Below, one piece after another: positions 34,330 to 44,609 of a stretch of 64,000 bases of DNA. Positions within the stretch are counted from its first letter, which is position 1. Each line of letters opens with the position of its first letter. Below the pieces are notes generated by a model. It was not told where the DNA came from, searched no databases, and saw only the letters and a list, made by a program, of their open reading frames with translations. The stretch is from an uncultured beta proteobacterium. Lineage in GTDB: Bacteria > Pseudomonadota > Gammaproteobacteria > Burkholderiales > SHXO01. The position numbers and the translations under genes were made by a program. The stretch is from contig CAVUHQ010000011.1 of NCBI GenBank assembly GCA_963741215.1, positions 49,935 through 113,934 of the forward strand, in the 5' to 3' direction.

Positions 34330-37300
34330 GCGGCCACTCCGACGTCTGCTGCCGGAAGGGTGAACTGGAATACCGCGCCACCATCTGGGCTTGGGCCAAA
34401 CGACAGCGCTCCGCCGTGCGCCACCACAATCGCGCGACAGATCGCGAGTCCCATTCCGAGCCCGGAGTCTTTGGTCGAGTAGAACGGCTCGAAGATGCGC
34501 TCTGCTTCCTCCGGCGGAATGCCGGGGCCGTTATCGACCACGCGCACGACCAAATCGCTTTGCCCGGAGTGCCGAACATCGAGCCTTAGGTATGGGCGGC
34601 CAACACCAGCGTCCTCCATTGCCTCCAAGGCGTTGCGCGCCAGGTTCAGCACGACTTGCTGGATCTGGATTTCGTCCGCCAGGACAGGAGGCAGGCCAGG
34701 GGCGACCACGACCTCGACATGGGGGTCCGCCCACCGGCCCTCTATCGCCACCAGCTTCATCGTTTCGGAGACCAGTCGACCGAGGTCCAGCTCGGCCGTC
34801 TGCGGTTCATGCTTCTTCAGCATGGAACGCAGGCGTTGGAGAACGTCGCCCGCGCGCGCGGCTTGTCGCGCGATCTTGTCCAGCAACTCATCCACCGTCT
34901 TCGTGTCGATCGCGCCGCTGGACGTCAACCAGCGGCGAGCAGCCAACGCGTAATTCTCAATGGCCACCAGCGGCTGATTGATCTCATGCGCGATCGAGGT
35001 GGACATCTCGCCGACGGTGTGCACTCGCACCAGATGCGCGAGGCGCTCCCGGTACTGACCCGCTTCGACTCGCGCTTCCTGCAGGCGCTTCGACGCGCGC
35101 GCGCGCGCCAGCATGGCAGCGAACATCTCGCCGAGCAGGCGCATCCGTGGCAAGAGATCTTCGGGCCAACTCCGCACCAGGTCCATTGCGGCGAGCGAAA
35201 GCGCGCCGGAGGTGGCGCCCTCCACCATCACGGGGACGAGCAGCAGGGAGCGCACTCCCCGCCGATCCAACGTTTGCTCATCGATACGGGCTTCCTCTGG
35301 CAGTTTTTTGGAGCAGGTGAAACTGACCGTGTTGCCTAGAAGCAGCCGATCGAGCATCCATGGAAGCTCGGTTCTGCCCAAGAACTGTGGCGTCGACTCT
35401 GCCGCTTCGGGAGGCCAGCCGTACTCCAACTCCAGGCGATCCGATTCGACACTGAGCCGCCACAGCGCGACCGGCTCGACATGAAGTGACTCGCCGATCG
35501 CCCGGAGCGCTCGTCGAGCGGCCTCAGCCGGATCGCCCAATGGCTCTCTGAGAAGCGAAGCCGACAGATCGGCGACCAACCGCTCGAAACGAAGTGCCCG
35601 CTCGACGTCTTCCGTCGCTCGCTTGCGAGCCATTGCATTCCCGAAGATGCTAGCCAAGCTCTGCACACGGTCGCGATCGGTTTGGGACCATGCACGCTCG
35701 TGCCGAACACAGCTGACACTCAGTGAACTGGCCAACTTCCCGCTTACTTGCAATGGCCATGCGATGAAGGACTTGATCCCGAGCCGCTGCCAGAACACTT
35801 TGTCGACGCTGGCTTCGGGCGGTAGCTCACTCATTCGATCGACGACGGCGGGAAGAGCTGCCTCCATTCGGGCATGCGCCCAAGGAAGCACGTCCGCTGG
35901 AACGGAAGTTGGTACCGGTGCCACGCCGTCGACCGCCCAGGAATGCGTGAAGCGCACAACTCCCGCGTCAGGCAAGAATTCAGTGAGCGTGGCACGTTCG
36001 ACCCCGAGCGTTTCGACTATCTGTCGTAGCGCCGCATCGATGTACTCGTCGATATGCACAGGGGCGAGGTTGATGAATCCGTTCGAGAGCTCCGCCACCA
36101 GTCGCTCGAAGGCGAGCGCCTCGCCGATTGCCATGCGGTGCCGTTGCGCATCGAGCTCTGCAACCTTGCGCTCAGTGATGTCGTGTGCACAGCCGATGTA
36201 TCCGACAAAGGTCCCGTCCGGCGCGATGCGCGGCACCCCGTTGTCCAGGATCCAGCGGTATTCGCCATCGTGCCTGCGCAAGCGGTACTCCATCGTAAAC
36301 GCGCGCCGCGCGTCGAAGGCGTCGACCTGGGTTGCGCTGCATCGCGCAAGGTCCTCCGGATGGATTCCCTCGGACCAGCCGTTGCCGAGTTCCTTGTCCA
36401 ATGTGCGCCCGGTGAAGTCGAGCCAGGTCTTGTTGAAAAAGCTCCAGAGCTTGTCCTGTCCCGACATCCAAACGAGCACCGGCGCCGTGTCGGCCATGGA
36501 GCGAAACCGTGCCTCGCTCTCGCGAAGGACGTTGGTCCTTTCCCGCCGTTCGGCAATGAGTGCGGCAAGGAACATCAACGGGAGGGATAGCATGATCAGG
36601 AACAGCTGGAGCGGGAACACGTTCCCTTCCGGAACGCTCGTGCCAAAAGGCCCGCGTCCCTAAGAGGACACCGGAGATCGCCAGGAACGCGACAGCCAGG
36701 AGCCCCGTATTGGCTCCGACCGGGCCGAATCGCACCGCTGCCCAGAGGAGAAACGGCAGAGGTAGATAGACCAGCACCGGGATGCTGCCTTCGGCGGCGG
36801 TCGACCCATGGAAGACGACGAGACTGATTGCGATCAATCCGCAGGCGAGCAGGCCCGCTTCGAGAAAACGCGCGAACGAGACGCCTCTAGGAGCGGCGCG
36901 GGCGGCAGAGATCCAGGTGAGGATCGCCGGCGCCAACACAAGGAATGCAAGGGCCTCGGACATGCACCATGCCCGCCAGTAGAACCAGTAGCTCTCGCCC
37001 GCGCCCGCCAGGGCGGCGACGAACGCAGAAGTCGCGGGAGCAAGCACGACGGCGGCGGCGATGTAGAGAACGAGGCCACGCAGGCTATCGAATGCACGCA
37101 AGCCTCCGGCTAACCAGCGCACGCCAACCGCCGCGATGAGGACCTTGATGATGTCGGCAAGGTTGTACAGCACATCGGAGGCGAGGAAGCCGAACCGCGC
37201 CACGTCGATCGCATACGTCGAATAGCCAGCGAGGAGGTACACCCACCAGTGCCGGATGGGGGACGCCACCAGAATGGAGACCAGGATGGCGCTGGTGGGC

Positions 37301-37458
37301 CATAGGGCAGAGATGTCGTGCGGCGGGAACTTGAATGCGTGCCCCACCTGGATGCTCAGGTGGCAGACGACGCCGACGAGCAGGGCCTTCAGCGCCAGGT
37401 GGACCGCAGGCGGTGCGCGCTGGCTGACTTCCCCCAGTGCTGCGTACAGTTGATTCAT
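34326..37458 (-). CDS. MASE1-PAS-GAF-GAF sensor histidine kinase (FixL-like core), frameshift near 36650
   Basis: MASE1-type TM region (LWPTSAIL..LPFLLWAAVRFG), PAS EYRLRRHDGEYRW, H-box IAHEINQPL and GLGMGLAI. Confidence 0.9.
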
Positions 37459-37543
37459 GACCGCCCTACCGCGTCATGCTTCGAATCGAGGATCAGGTCA
37501 CGCTCGCTGGAACGTGCCTAAACTATATGAGATCGCGCAGGAA

Positions 37544-37660
37544 TCAGGCGAGTGCCGGGGTCCCGGATCGCACACAGGGCGGGCTGCCCGGCAGCTGCGG
37601 CGGGATCATGCCTGTGCGTAGTGGATGCATGCCGGTGAAGAAGGCATTGCGCCCGGCGGT
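37544..37660 (-). pseudogene. Isolated arylsulfatase active-site fragment
   Basis: TAGRNAFFTGMHPLRTGMIPPQLPGSP, with no flanking sulfatase sequence. Confidence 0.6.
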
Positions 37661-37721
37661 GGTCATTCTGGTCGGCGCACGGCAACCCGGGGAGTGCCCG
37701 GCTTGCCGCACGCGCGCCGGA

Positions 37722-38045
37722 TTATTGGTTGTCGGAGCGACCCGCGCCTTGAGGCGTCGGGCTCGTAACCGCGCCGCCGGGGGCGGCGGTGCCAGTGGGA
37801 TTGCCACGTCCAGCGGCGTTGCCGCCGGCTGTGACGCCTCCAGTGCCGCTGGATTGCGGGGCACCCCGTCCCGACTGGTCCGCGGGGGCCGACTGCTGCA
37901 CCGTGGGCGGCTGGGATTTCTGCTTCTTTTTCTTCTTAGCCGGCTTCTGCGTCTGGGTGTCCGGGGTAGCTGGGTCGGCAGCGTAAGCTGAGAACGTGAC
38001 AGCCGCGAACAGCGCGGCCAAGAGAGCGGGAAGTAGTCTGCGCAT
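37722..38045 (-). CDS. Small secreted low-complexity protein
   Basis: AGGAG RBS, signal peptide ending AYA, poly-Lys then G/A/P/T-rich tail. Confidence 0.6.
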   Translation of the reverse strand: MRRLLPALLAALFAAVTFSAYAADPATPDTQTQKPAKKKKKQKSQPPTVQQSAPADQSGRGAPQSSGTGGVTAGGNAAGRGNPTGTAAPGGAVTSPTPQGAGRSDNQ

Positions 38046-38330
38046 GGATGTCTCCTGATTTGTTTAGGGAACCGGCCGATGGGTACGCGCTGTATACGCG
38101 CTGTAATAGCCGTGAAACATTGCCATCCAGTTCCGTTTCACAATCTTATTCTTTTCAGGCTTTCAATGCATTGGGACCAAGGTCCCCTGTCCACTGATGA
38201 ATGTGCTCGCGATGAACACGATGCATGTTTCCGAAGCGATGCAGGTGAGCGCCGAGTTCATGCGCCTGTGCCCAGCGTGCGCCGCCTCCATGTGCGAGCG
38301 GTTGGCTTGATTGCGCAGATCGCACGAAGC

Positions 38331-39633
38331 TTATGGTTCGCGTAGTCTCTGCCGCACCAGGGCGATATGCAGCCGCAACGCATACAACAGAGGCCTGAAA
38401 GATACCGGGAGCCTGAAGCGGCTGGCGCGCTCTTCCAGCCGATCCAGCCGTGCGGTCAGATCGGCCGCGCTCTTCTGCGCGTCGCGCGAGAGCATTTGGT
38501 CCTCGAGTAGCTTGAGCTCGTTGTAGAGCGTGAAGACCCGGCGCCGCATGACCCAGCTGTATGCGGCGGGGATGGACTCGCAACAGCGGGTACAAGACGG
38601 CAAGGACTGGAATCAGCAGCACCAGCAGTTGCTGCGCGAGCACCGCCAACCAGAAAGGTAGATGGCGTTGGAGGAACGGCGGCCCCGCCTTGTAGAAACG
38701 ATGGGCTTCACTGCTGAGCGGCAGGTCGATCGACTCGGCGGCCGGAAACTGTCCGGCCTTGCGGAATATTCCCGGTCCGGAGTGAATCGCCGTGGCCGCT
38801 TCGAGAAGGAGGTACTGGATCGCCGGGTGCAAATCCTTGCGCACCACCAGGCTGGCCTTGGGTGCGAGCAGGACCACGTCGGTCGGAGGCCGGTTGTTGA
38901 CCATGTCGCCCACGCCTGCGGGCAGCACCACCTTGCTCAGGAACGGGTACAGGGCAACAAAGGCGTCGGCCCTCGGTACGCCGACTAGATCGATGTCCTG
39001 CGCGGAGAGCAGCTTCCGCACCACGGGCGATTCCCACGCCGCCAGCAGCGCCATGGCGTCGATCTCCCCGTGCACCAGCTTCTCGGCTGCTACCTGCGCG
39101 GTGAGCGGAAGCAGCTTCGCATTCTGATCGATGATCCCTACGCGCGCGAGGAACTCAACCGACAGCGCGTGTGTTCCGCTGCCTTCCGGTCCGACCGATA
39201 TGCGCATGCCTTGCAGGCTTTCGTGCCTCAGGGCGCGATGCGTTGCGTGGATGAAGAACCAGAGCGGTTCGTAGAACAGCGTGCCGAGAGACGCGAGTTC
39301 GGGCGACTGCTGTTGGTTGGTGATGCCGCTCGGGATGATCCCGACGCTGATGCCCGACTTCGGGTCGCTTAGGTGCGCGACGTTCTCCACCGCGCCGACC
39401 GACGGCACTAACCGAACCTCGATGCCGTAGCGGGCGAGGATCTGCTGATAGCGCTTCCCGAGTTCGGCGGAGATACTGCCTTCGGGGTCTGTAGCCATCG
39501 CGATCGTGCGCGGGGGCGTCGGGTCGAACAGAACGAAGGCCACCCATACCGCGGCGACGGTGAGTACGACCACCGCGATCAACGCCACTACGAGGTATCG
39601 CCGATAAGTCTGCGCGTGGTCTCGAGCGTCCAT
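38331..39633 (-). CDS. TAXI-family TRAP solute-binding protein with membrane anchors, frameshifted
   Basis: PTPPRTIAMAT..GAVEN..LFYEPLWFF..GPEGSGT..FLQRHLPFWLA. Confidence 0.85.
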
Positions 39634-39781
39634 GACCCTATTCTACTGCCGACCTACTCCTCTCGGCACTATGCGAGAACCATAGGCCGCGTCAGCAGCC
39701 GCAGCAGGACAATCTTTCGAGGCTATCAATTCAGATCAGAATGCGCAATGATGGCGGGGCTGCACCCGGGAGGATCCAACC

Positions 39782-40180
39782 ATGTACGCAAAAATTACTT
39801 CTGCTCTCGTCGCCATGCTGCTAGTCGGATGTGCTGGCAAGGAGCCCAGTCCCACCGCAAAGGAAGTCCCATTGACGAAAGAAGAGCTGGTCGCAAACCA
39901 CACGCACACGATCCTCACGTATACCTTGAGCGACGGTGGTTCTGGTCAGAACGTCTTCGACTCGGACGGCGGAGTGAGAGGCACGTATAACGGGAAAAAT
40001 GGGCCGGAGACAGACTCGGGGCGCTATGCGTGGGAAAAAGGCAACATCGACTGCATCTTCTGGAACAGTGGGGGAAAGAGTTGCTGGGCTGAGTACAAGG
40101 TGGGAGAAAACAAGTACGTGGCCCACGAGCAAGGCGGCAAGAACCGCACTGCGGAGTATTCGGTGCAGCCTGTCCGGTAA
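39782..40180 (+). CDS. Small lipoprotein, DUF995-like
   Basis: GGAGG RBS, lipobox LVGC, and DSGRYAW..CIFW..C. Confidence 0.65.
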   Translation: MYAKITSALVAMLLVGCAGKEPSPTAKEVPLTKEELVANHTHTILTYTLSDGGSGQNVFDSDGGVRGTYNGKNGPETDSGRYAWEKGNIDCIFWNSGGKSCWAEYKVGENKYVAHEQGGKNRTAEYSVQPVR

Positions 40181-40185
40181 TCCGC

Positions 40186-43092
40186 TTACAGCGTTGGAAC
40201 CGACACTGGCCGCGGAGGTGCCACAAGGACCAGGCGCTCGATGGGTTCGGGCATGGCGACGCCGTATCCCTGAGCGAGATCCACGCCGATGTCGCGCAGC
40301 ATGGCCAGGGTGCCTTCGTTCTCGACGAACTCGGCGATGGTGAGCTTGCCCATTACGTGGCCGATATCATTGATCGCCTCGACCATGGCACAGTCGATCG
40401 GGTCGTTCAACATGTTCTTCACGAAACCACCGTCGATCTTGAGAAAGTCCACCGACAGATGCTTGAGATACGCGAAGGAGGACATGCCGGCGCCGAAATC
40501 GTCCAGCGAGAACCGGCATCCGAGCGCCCGCAATTGTTGAATGAAATGGATTGCCTTTTGGCGATTCGCGATGACCGCTGTCTCGGTTATTTCGAAACAG
40601 ATGCTGGTGTGGGGGATGCCGGACTGGCTGAACTGTTCGCGCACGAAATCGAGAAATCGCTCATCGGACAGGGAGTCCCCGGACAGGTTGATCGCATAGG
40701 TGTCGATCGAATTTGCGCTTCTCTGCTGACGCAGCTCGGCTACTGTGGAGAACGCGGTTCGGACAACCCAGCGATCGATCGCCGGCATCAGGTTATAACG
40801 CTCCGCGGCCGGGATGAAGTTTCCCGGGGCAATCAGCTCGCCGCGCTCGTCGACCATGCGGATCAGCAACTCGACGTGGGGATTCATGCCGGAACCTGGC
40901 TGGAGTGGGACAATCCTCTGTCCATAGAGACAGAATCGATCTTCCTCGAGCGCCTTGTGGATGCGGCCCACCCATTCCATCTCCCCGTGCCGCAGGGTCA
41001 GGTCGCTATCTTCCGGATGGTAGAGCTGTACGCGGTTGCGACCTTTTTCCTTCGCGATGTAGCAGGCAGCGTCCGCCGCGCTCATGACCTCTGCCAGCGT
41101 AAACGCTCCATCCACGATGGTCACCACACCGATGCTCACACCGATAGAGAACGAGCGGTGTTGCCAGGTAAACGAAAACTCGGCCACCGCTAGGCGCAGA
41201 TCTTCGGCAAGCCGGGCACCATGTTCCGGATTGCAGTTTTCCAGCAGGACGCCGAACTCGTCTCCGCCTAGACGAGCCAGCGTGTCCCCCGCCCGCAGGC
41301 GCTGCTGCAGGATGGCGCTGGTCTGGCGCATCAATTCGTCGCCCGCGGCATGACCACAAGTGTCGTTGACTACCTTGAACTGGTCCAGATCGAGATACAT
41401 GACCGCGTGATGGCGCTGGTGCTCGGCGGCACTGGTCAGCGCCCGGATCAACCGGGCTTCAAACTCTCGCCGGTTGATGAGCCCGGTCAGCGCATCGTGG
41501 CTCGCCTGATAAGAGAGCTTGGCGGCGTACTGGCGCTCACGGCTCACATCACGGAACACGAGCACGACACCGACAATCTGCCCGCCGCGATCGCGAATCG
41601 GAGCTACGGTCTCGTCTACCGGGATCTCACTGCCGTCGCGCTGCACTAACTGGTTCATGGTTCCCAGCTCGACGGTACACCCTTCACTGAGCACGATCTC
41701 GATTGGATCGGGCGTCGGTTGGCGAGTGTGCTCGTTGATCAGCTTGATGAAGGAACGCGACGGCAGGCCCTGGATCTCGGCAATCTTCCAGCCGATCAAG
41801 GCCTCGGCGGCGGGATTGACATACTCGACCAATCCATTGGTGTCGGTGGTGATCACCGCATCCCCGATGGACTGCAGTGTCACCTGCGCCCGTTCTTTTT
41901 CGGCAAAGAGCTCGGCCTCTGCCGCCTTGCGATCGGTGACGTCGGTGATCGACCCCGCCATTCGCACGGCCTGTCCGGAAGCATCCCGAACCGAACGTCC
42001 TCTGGCCCGGAACCACCGGTACTCGCCCGAGCGAGCCTTGAGGCGATGCTCCACGTCGTAGGGTCTATCTTCCCGCAAGTGGGCCTTCATCGCGGCCACC
42101 GTGGCCATCAGATCCTCCGGATGCAATCGGGAAACGAAGGCGGAACGCGTGTTCTCCAGATGATCGGCGGGATAGCCCAGGAGTTCGTTGAACCGAGAGG
42201 AGTAGTAAGTTTCGTCGGTCTGTACGTTCCAGTCCCAAATGCCGTCATTGCTGCCGGTGACGGCAAGGTTGAAGCGCTCCTCGCTGCGCCTCAGCGCATT
42301 CTCGAACGCTTCGCTGTGCTTCAGCATGCGCCGCGAGAGCAGGATGCCCAGCGGAACCAGCGTTACCGCGAGTGCTACCGTCGCGATCACCAACAGCAGC
42401 TTGGTCTTGCGCGTGGCTTCCCCCAGTGACGAAGAAAACGTGTCCTCCTCCGGGGTAAGCCTCGCATCGACGGCGTAGATGCGCTCGAGAGTCGCATACA
42501 ACCTGTCGGGATCCGTGTCGCCGGCGGAGATCCGCTCGTGCAACTCATCGGCCACTTTGATGAATTCGTCGATCGAGCGGTCGCCATCGGCCCACAGCGT
42601 AATCGAGCGGTCGATGTAGCTCACGTTCCTGAACCGCCGGAACAGCATGATCATCCCCGGGATGTCGTCGGGGTGATTGCGGCCTTCGAGGAACCCCCGA
42701 TAGGCCACCGCGTAGTCGGGGTCGGGCTTCTCCAGTTCGAGGCGCGCCTTGCGATCGCCCAGCGGCACCGCCAGCGCTGCACGGAAGTTCTGGTAGTCGG
42801 CTTCGGAGCGGGTATGCGCATAGCGCATGAGATGGGACAGCGACTGCTTCTGCGCCTTGGACCACAGGCTCTCACCCTCGACGAAAGCCCTGCCGGCGGA
42901 CAGAATCTCGATGCTCTGCGTCGCCAGAACGACGAGCAAGACCACGATGGCGAGAAACGGCCAGATGAGCAGGAACAGACGTTTGCTCGGGGCCAGCCCT
43001 ATGAAGAGGGAACCCAGCCGCATGCGGGGACGACCCGATTCCGCCGGGGCGGACGGGCGTTTCTGCCTCATAGTGGACGTGTAACTGAACAA
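40186..43092 (-). CDS. Membrane PAS-PAS-GGDEF-EAL c-di-GMP enzyme
   Basis: Two TM segments, two PAS domains, HDALTGL..RLGGDEF, ELLIR, and LDDFGAGMSS..LKIDG. Confidence 0.95.
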   Translation of the reverse strand: MFSYTSTMRQKRPSAPAESGRPRMRLGSLFIGLAPSKRLFLLIWPFLAIVVLLVVLATQSIEILSAGRAFVEGESLWSKAQKQSLSHLMRYAHTRSEADYQNFRAALAVPLGDRKARLELEKPDPDYAVAYRGFLEGRNHPDDIPGMIMLFRRFRNVSYIDRSITLWADGDRSIDEFIKVADELHERISAGDTDPDRLYATLERIYAVDARLTPEEDTFSSSLGEATRKTKLLLVIATVALAVTLVPLGILLSRRMLKHSEAFENALRRSEERFNLAVTGSNDGIWDWNVQTDETYYSSRFNELLGYPADHLENTRSAFVSRLHPEDLMATVAAMKAHLREDRPYDVEHRLKARSGEYRWFRARGRSVRDASGQAVRMAGSITDVTDRKAAEAELFAEKERAQVTLQSIGDAVITTDTNGLVEYVNPAAEALIGWKIAEIQGLPSRSFIKLINEHTRQPTPDPIEIVLSEGCTVELGTMNQLVQRDGSEIPVDETVAPIRDRGGQIVGVVLVFRDVSRERQYAAKLSYQASHDALTGLINRREFEARLIRALTSAAEHQRHHAVMYLDLDQFKVVNDTCGHAAGDELMRQTSAILQQRLRAGDTLARLGGDEFGVLLENCNPEHGARLAEDLRLAVAEFSFTWQHRSFSIGVSIGVVTIVDGAFTLAEVMSAADAACYIAKEKGRNRVQLYHPEDSDLTLRHGEMEWVGRIHKALEEDRFCLYGQRIVPLQPGSGMNPHVELLIRMVDERGELIAPGNFIPAAERYNLMPAIDRWVVRTAFSTVAELRQQRSANSIDTYAINLSGDSLSDERFLDFVREQFSQSGIPHTSICFEITETAVIANRQKAIHFIQQLRALGCRFSLDDFGAGMSSFAYLKHLSVDFLKIDGGFVKNMLNDPIDCAMVEAINDIGHVMGKLTIAEFVENEGTLAMLRDIGVDLAQGYGVAMPEPIERLVLVAPPRPVSVPTL

Positions 43093-43516
43093 GGTGGATT
43101 CCCGCGCTATCCTCTGTCCAAGCCAAAAGCGCTTGGAATCTACAACTGCTCCAATGGTGCGGCGCGGCCTTACGCCTATGGCATCAGGCTCGGGCCTCGT
43201 CTACCCGGGCCAAACACCACGAACACCCATGCATCACATAGGGTCTTCACGACGGCGGATCCCCAGGTCCTCCGCCCCTACTATTACGGTTCTGTTTCAA
43301 ATCAATTGAGTGCACGGACCTGCTATTCGAAGGCCCCCGGTACACATCGGCGGAATGCTGCGCTGGTTTTTCCGCCTGACGGCTTGATTTGACGGTGAAA
43401 GTGCAAGTCCCATGCCAAACGCCAGTAGCGGGTTTGCCCCGCGAAAATCATCCGATCGAGGTGATCTTCCTCGATCGCGCGCGCAAGCGCTGCCTCAGCT
43501 CCCCTTCGAGGTCCTG

Positions 43517-43641
43517 GCCAACGCTTTCAGCGCCTGCCGGTCGAGCTTGCCGGTGCCGGTCTTGGGCAGCGTGTCCAGGTACTCGATCGTGCGCGGATAC
43601 TTGTAGGGCAGCAGGCGTTGCTTGACAAAGGTTTGCAATTC
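43517..43641. repeat. 125-bp direct repeat, copy of the CoA-ligase 3' end
   Basis: Matches 44620-44744 with 2 mismatches by manual comparison. Confidence 0.95.
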
Positions 43642-43844
43642 ACGCGGCCATCGGCACCAGCGCAAACCGATGGTCCGTGCCACGACCTGCGTCATGACCC
43701 GGGCAAGCTGGGCCGCCTAGGCGGGGTCCATTGCACGTGCTACTGGAACTGACCGGGGCGGGAGTGTGCAGCGATGGTGAGCAAGTACGCGCATCTCGCA
43801 ACCGACCACCTTACCGAGTAAGCGGCTCACCTAGCATGGTGGTG

Positions 43845-44210
43845 CTACGCCAACGGCAGGGAGCGGCGGCGGATGCCGTGATCTTCAACTGTAACCAGCG
43901 CACCGGCTTGCACGTCTTCTTCGATCAGTGGAAGAACGGTCTCTAGCACCGCATTGACATGCTCAACTCGCGCCGAGGCAAGTCGCAACGTGACAATCGA
44001 CGGTGCGCTCGCTCCGCTCAAGGCAACTAGCGCCGAGAACTCGAGATCCTGCGTCAGCACCGCACGCCCGCTCTCATTCGCGAAGGCGATCACCGATTCG
44101 TCAGACGAGGTAGGTGGAAGAACCTCACTGACTCGTACGGCGTCATGCCCCAACCCACGAAGAAAAGAAACGGTGCCTGGAGAGATGTGCATGTCCGCGA
44201 GGAGCTTCAC
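43845..44210 (-). CDS. DUF5615 PIN-like toxin
   Basis: MKLLADMHIS..GHDAV..SDE..RAVLTQDLEF. Confidence 0.85.
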   Translation of the reverse strand: MKLLADMHISPGTVSFLRGLGHDAVRVSEVLPPTSSDESVIAFANESGRAVLTQDLEFSALVALSGASAPSIVTLRLASARVEHVNAVLETVLPLIEEDVQAGALVTVEDHGIRRRSLPLA

Positions 44211-44425
44211 GCGATCGTGGACGTTCGTTCACTCGCCAGCCAGGCCCCATATTTAGCGGCCTGGAATACGTCGTCCTTCTCGAGTTCGGGATACAGGGTA
44301 ACGATCTCATCTGCGGTGTAGCCATCACCCACGAGCTTGAGGACAAAATCCACCGTGATGCGCATGCCTCGGATCGTAGGCCTTCCGCCGCATACCTCGG
44401 GATCGATCTTGATTCGGTCCAACAT
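44207..44425 (-). CDS. DUF433 antitoxin
   Basis: RIKIDPEVCGGRPTIRGMRITV..EIV..YPEL. 4-nt overlap with the toxin gene. Confidence 0.92.
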   Translation of the reverse strand: MLDRIKIDPEVCGGRPTIRGMRITVDFVLKLVGDGYTADEIVTLYPELEKDDVFQAAKYGAWLASERTSTIA

Positions 44426-44609
44426 GACGTTCCTCTTACAATCGACAGACGAAGTGAAGCGTACCATAGCCTAACCAGGACTAGTTCGGTCACCCGCCGC
44501 TTAAGCGATCATGTCCCGGCCAAGAGACTGGGACTTGATAGAGGTCGGCATTCATCTGCCTGAACTGCGCGATATCTGTCGCATTAGCCTGCCCGCTTGC
44601 ATTGTTCTG

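Noticed and set aside
43100-43500. c-di-GMP riboswitch upstream of the GGDEF-EAL gene
   Set aside because: The conserved GEMM elements could not be found in the correct order.
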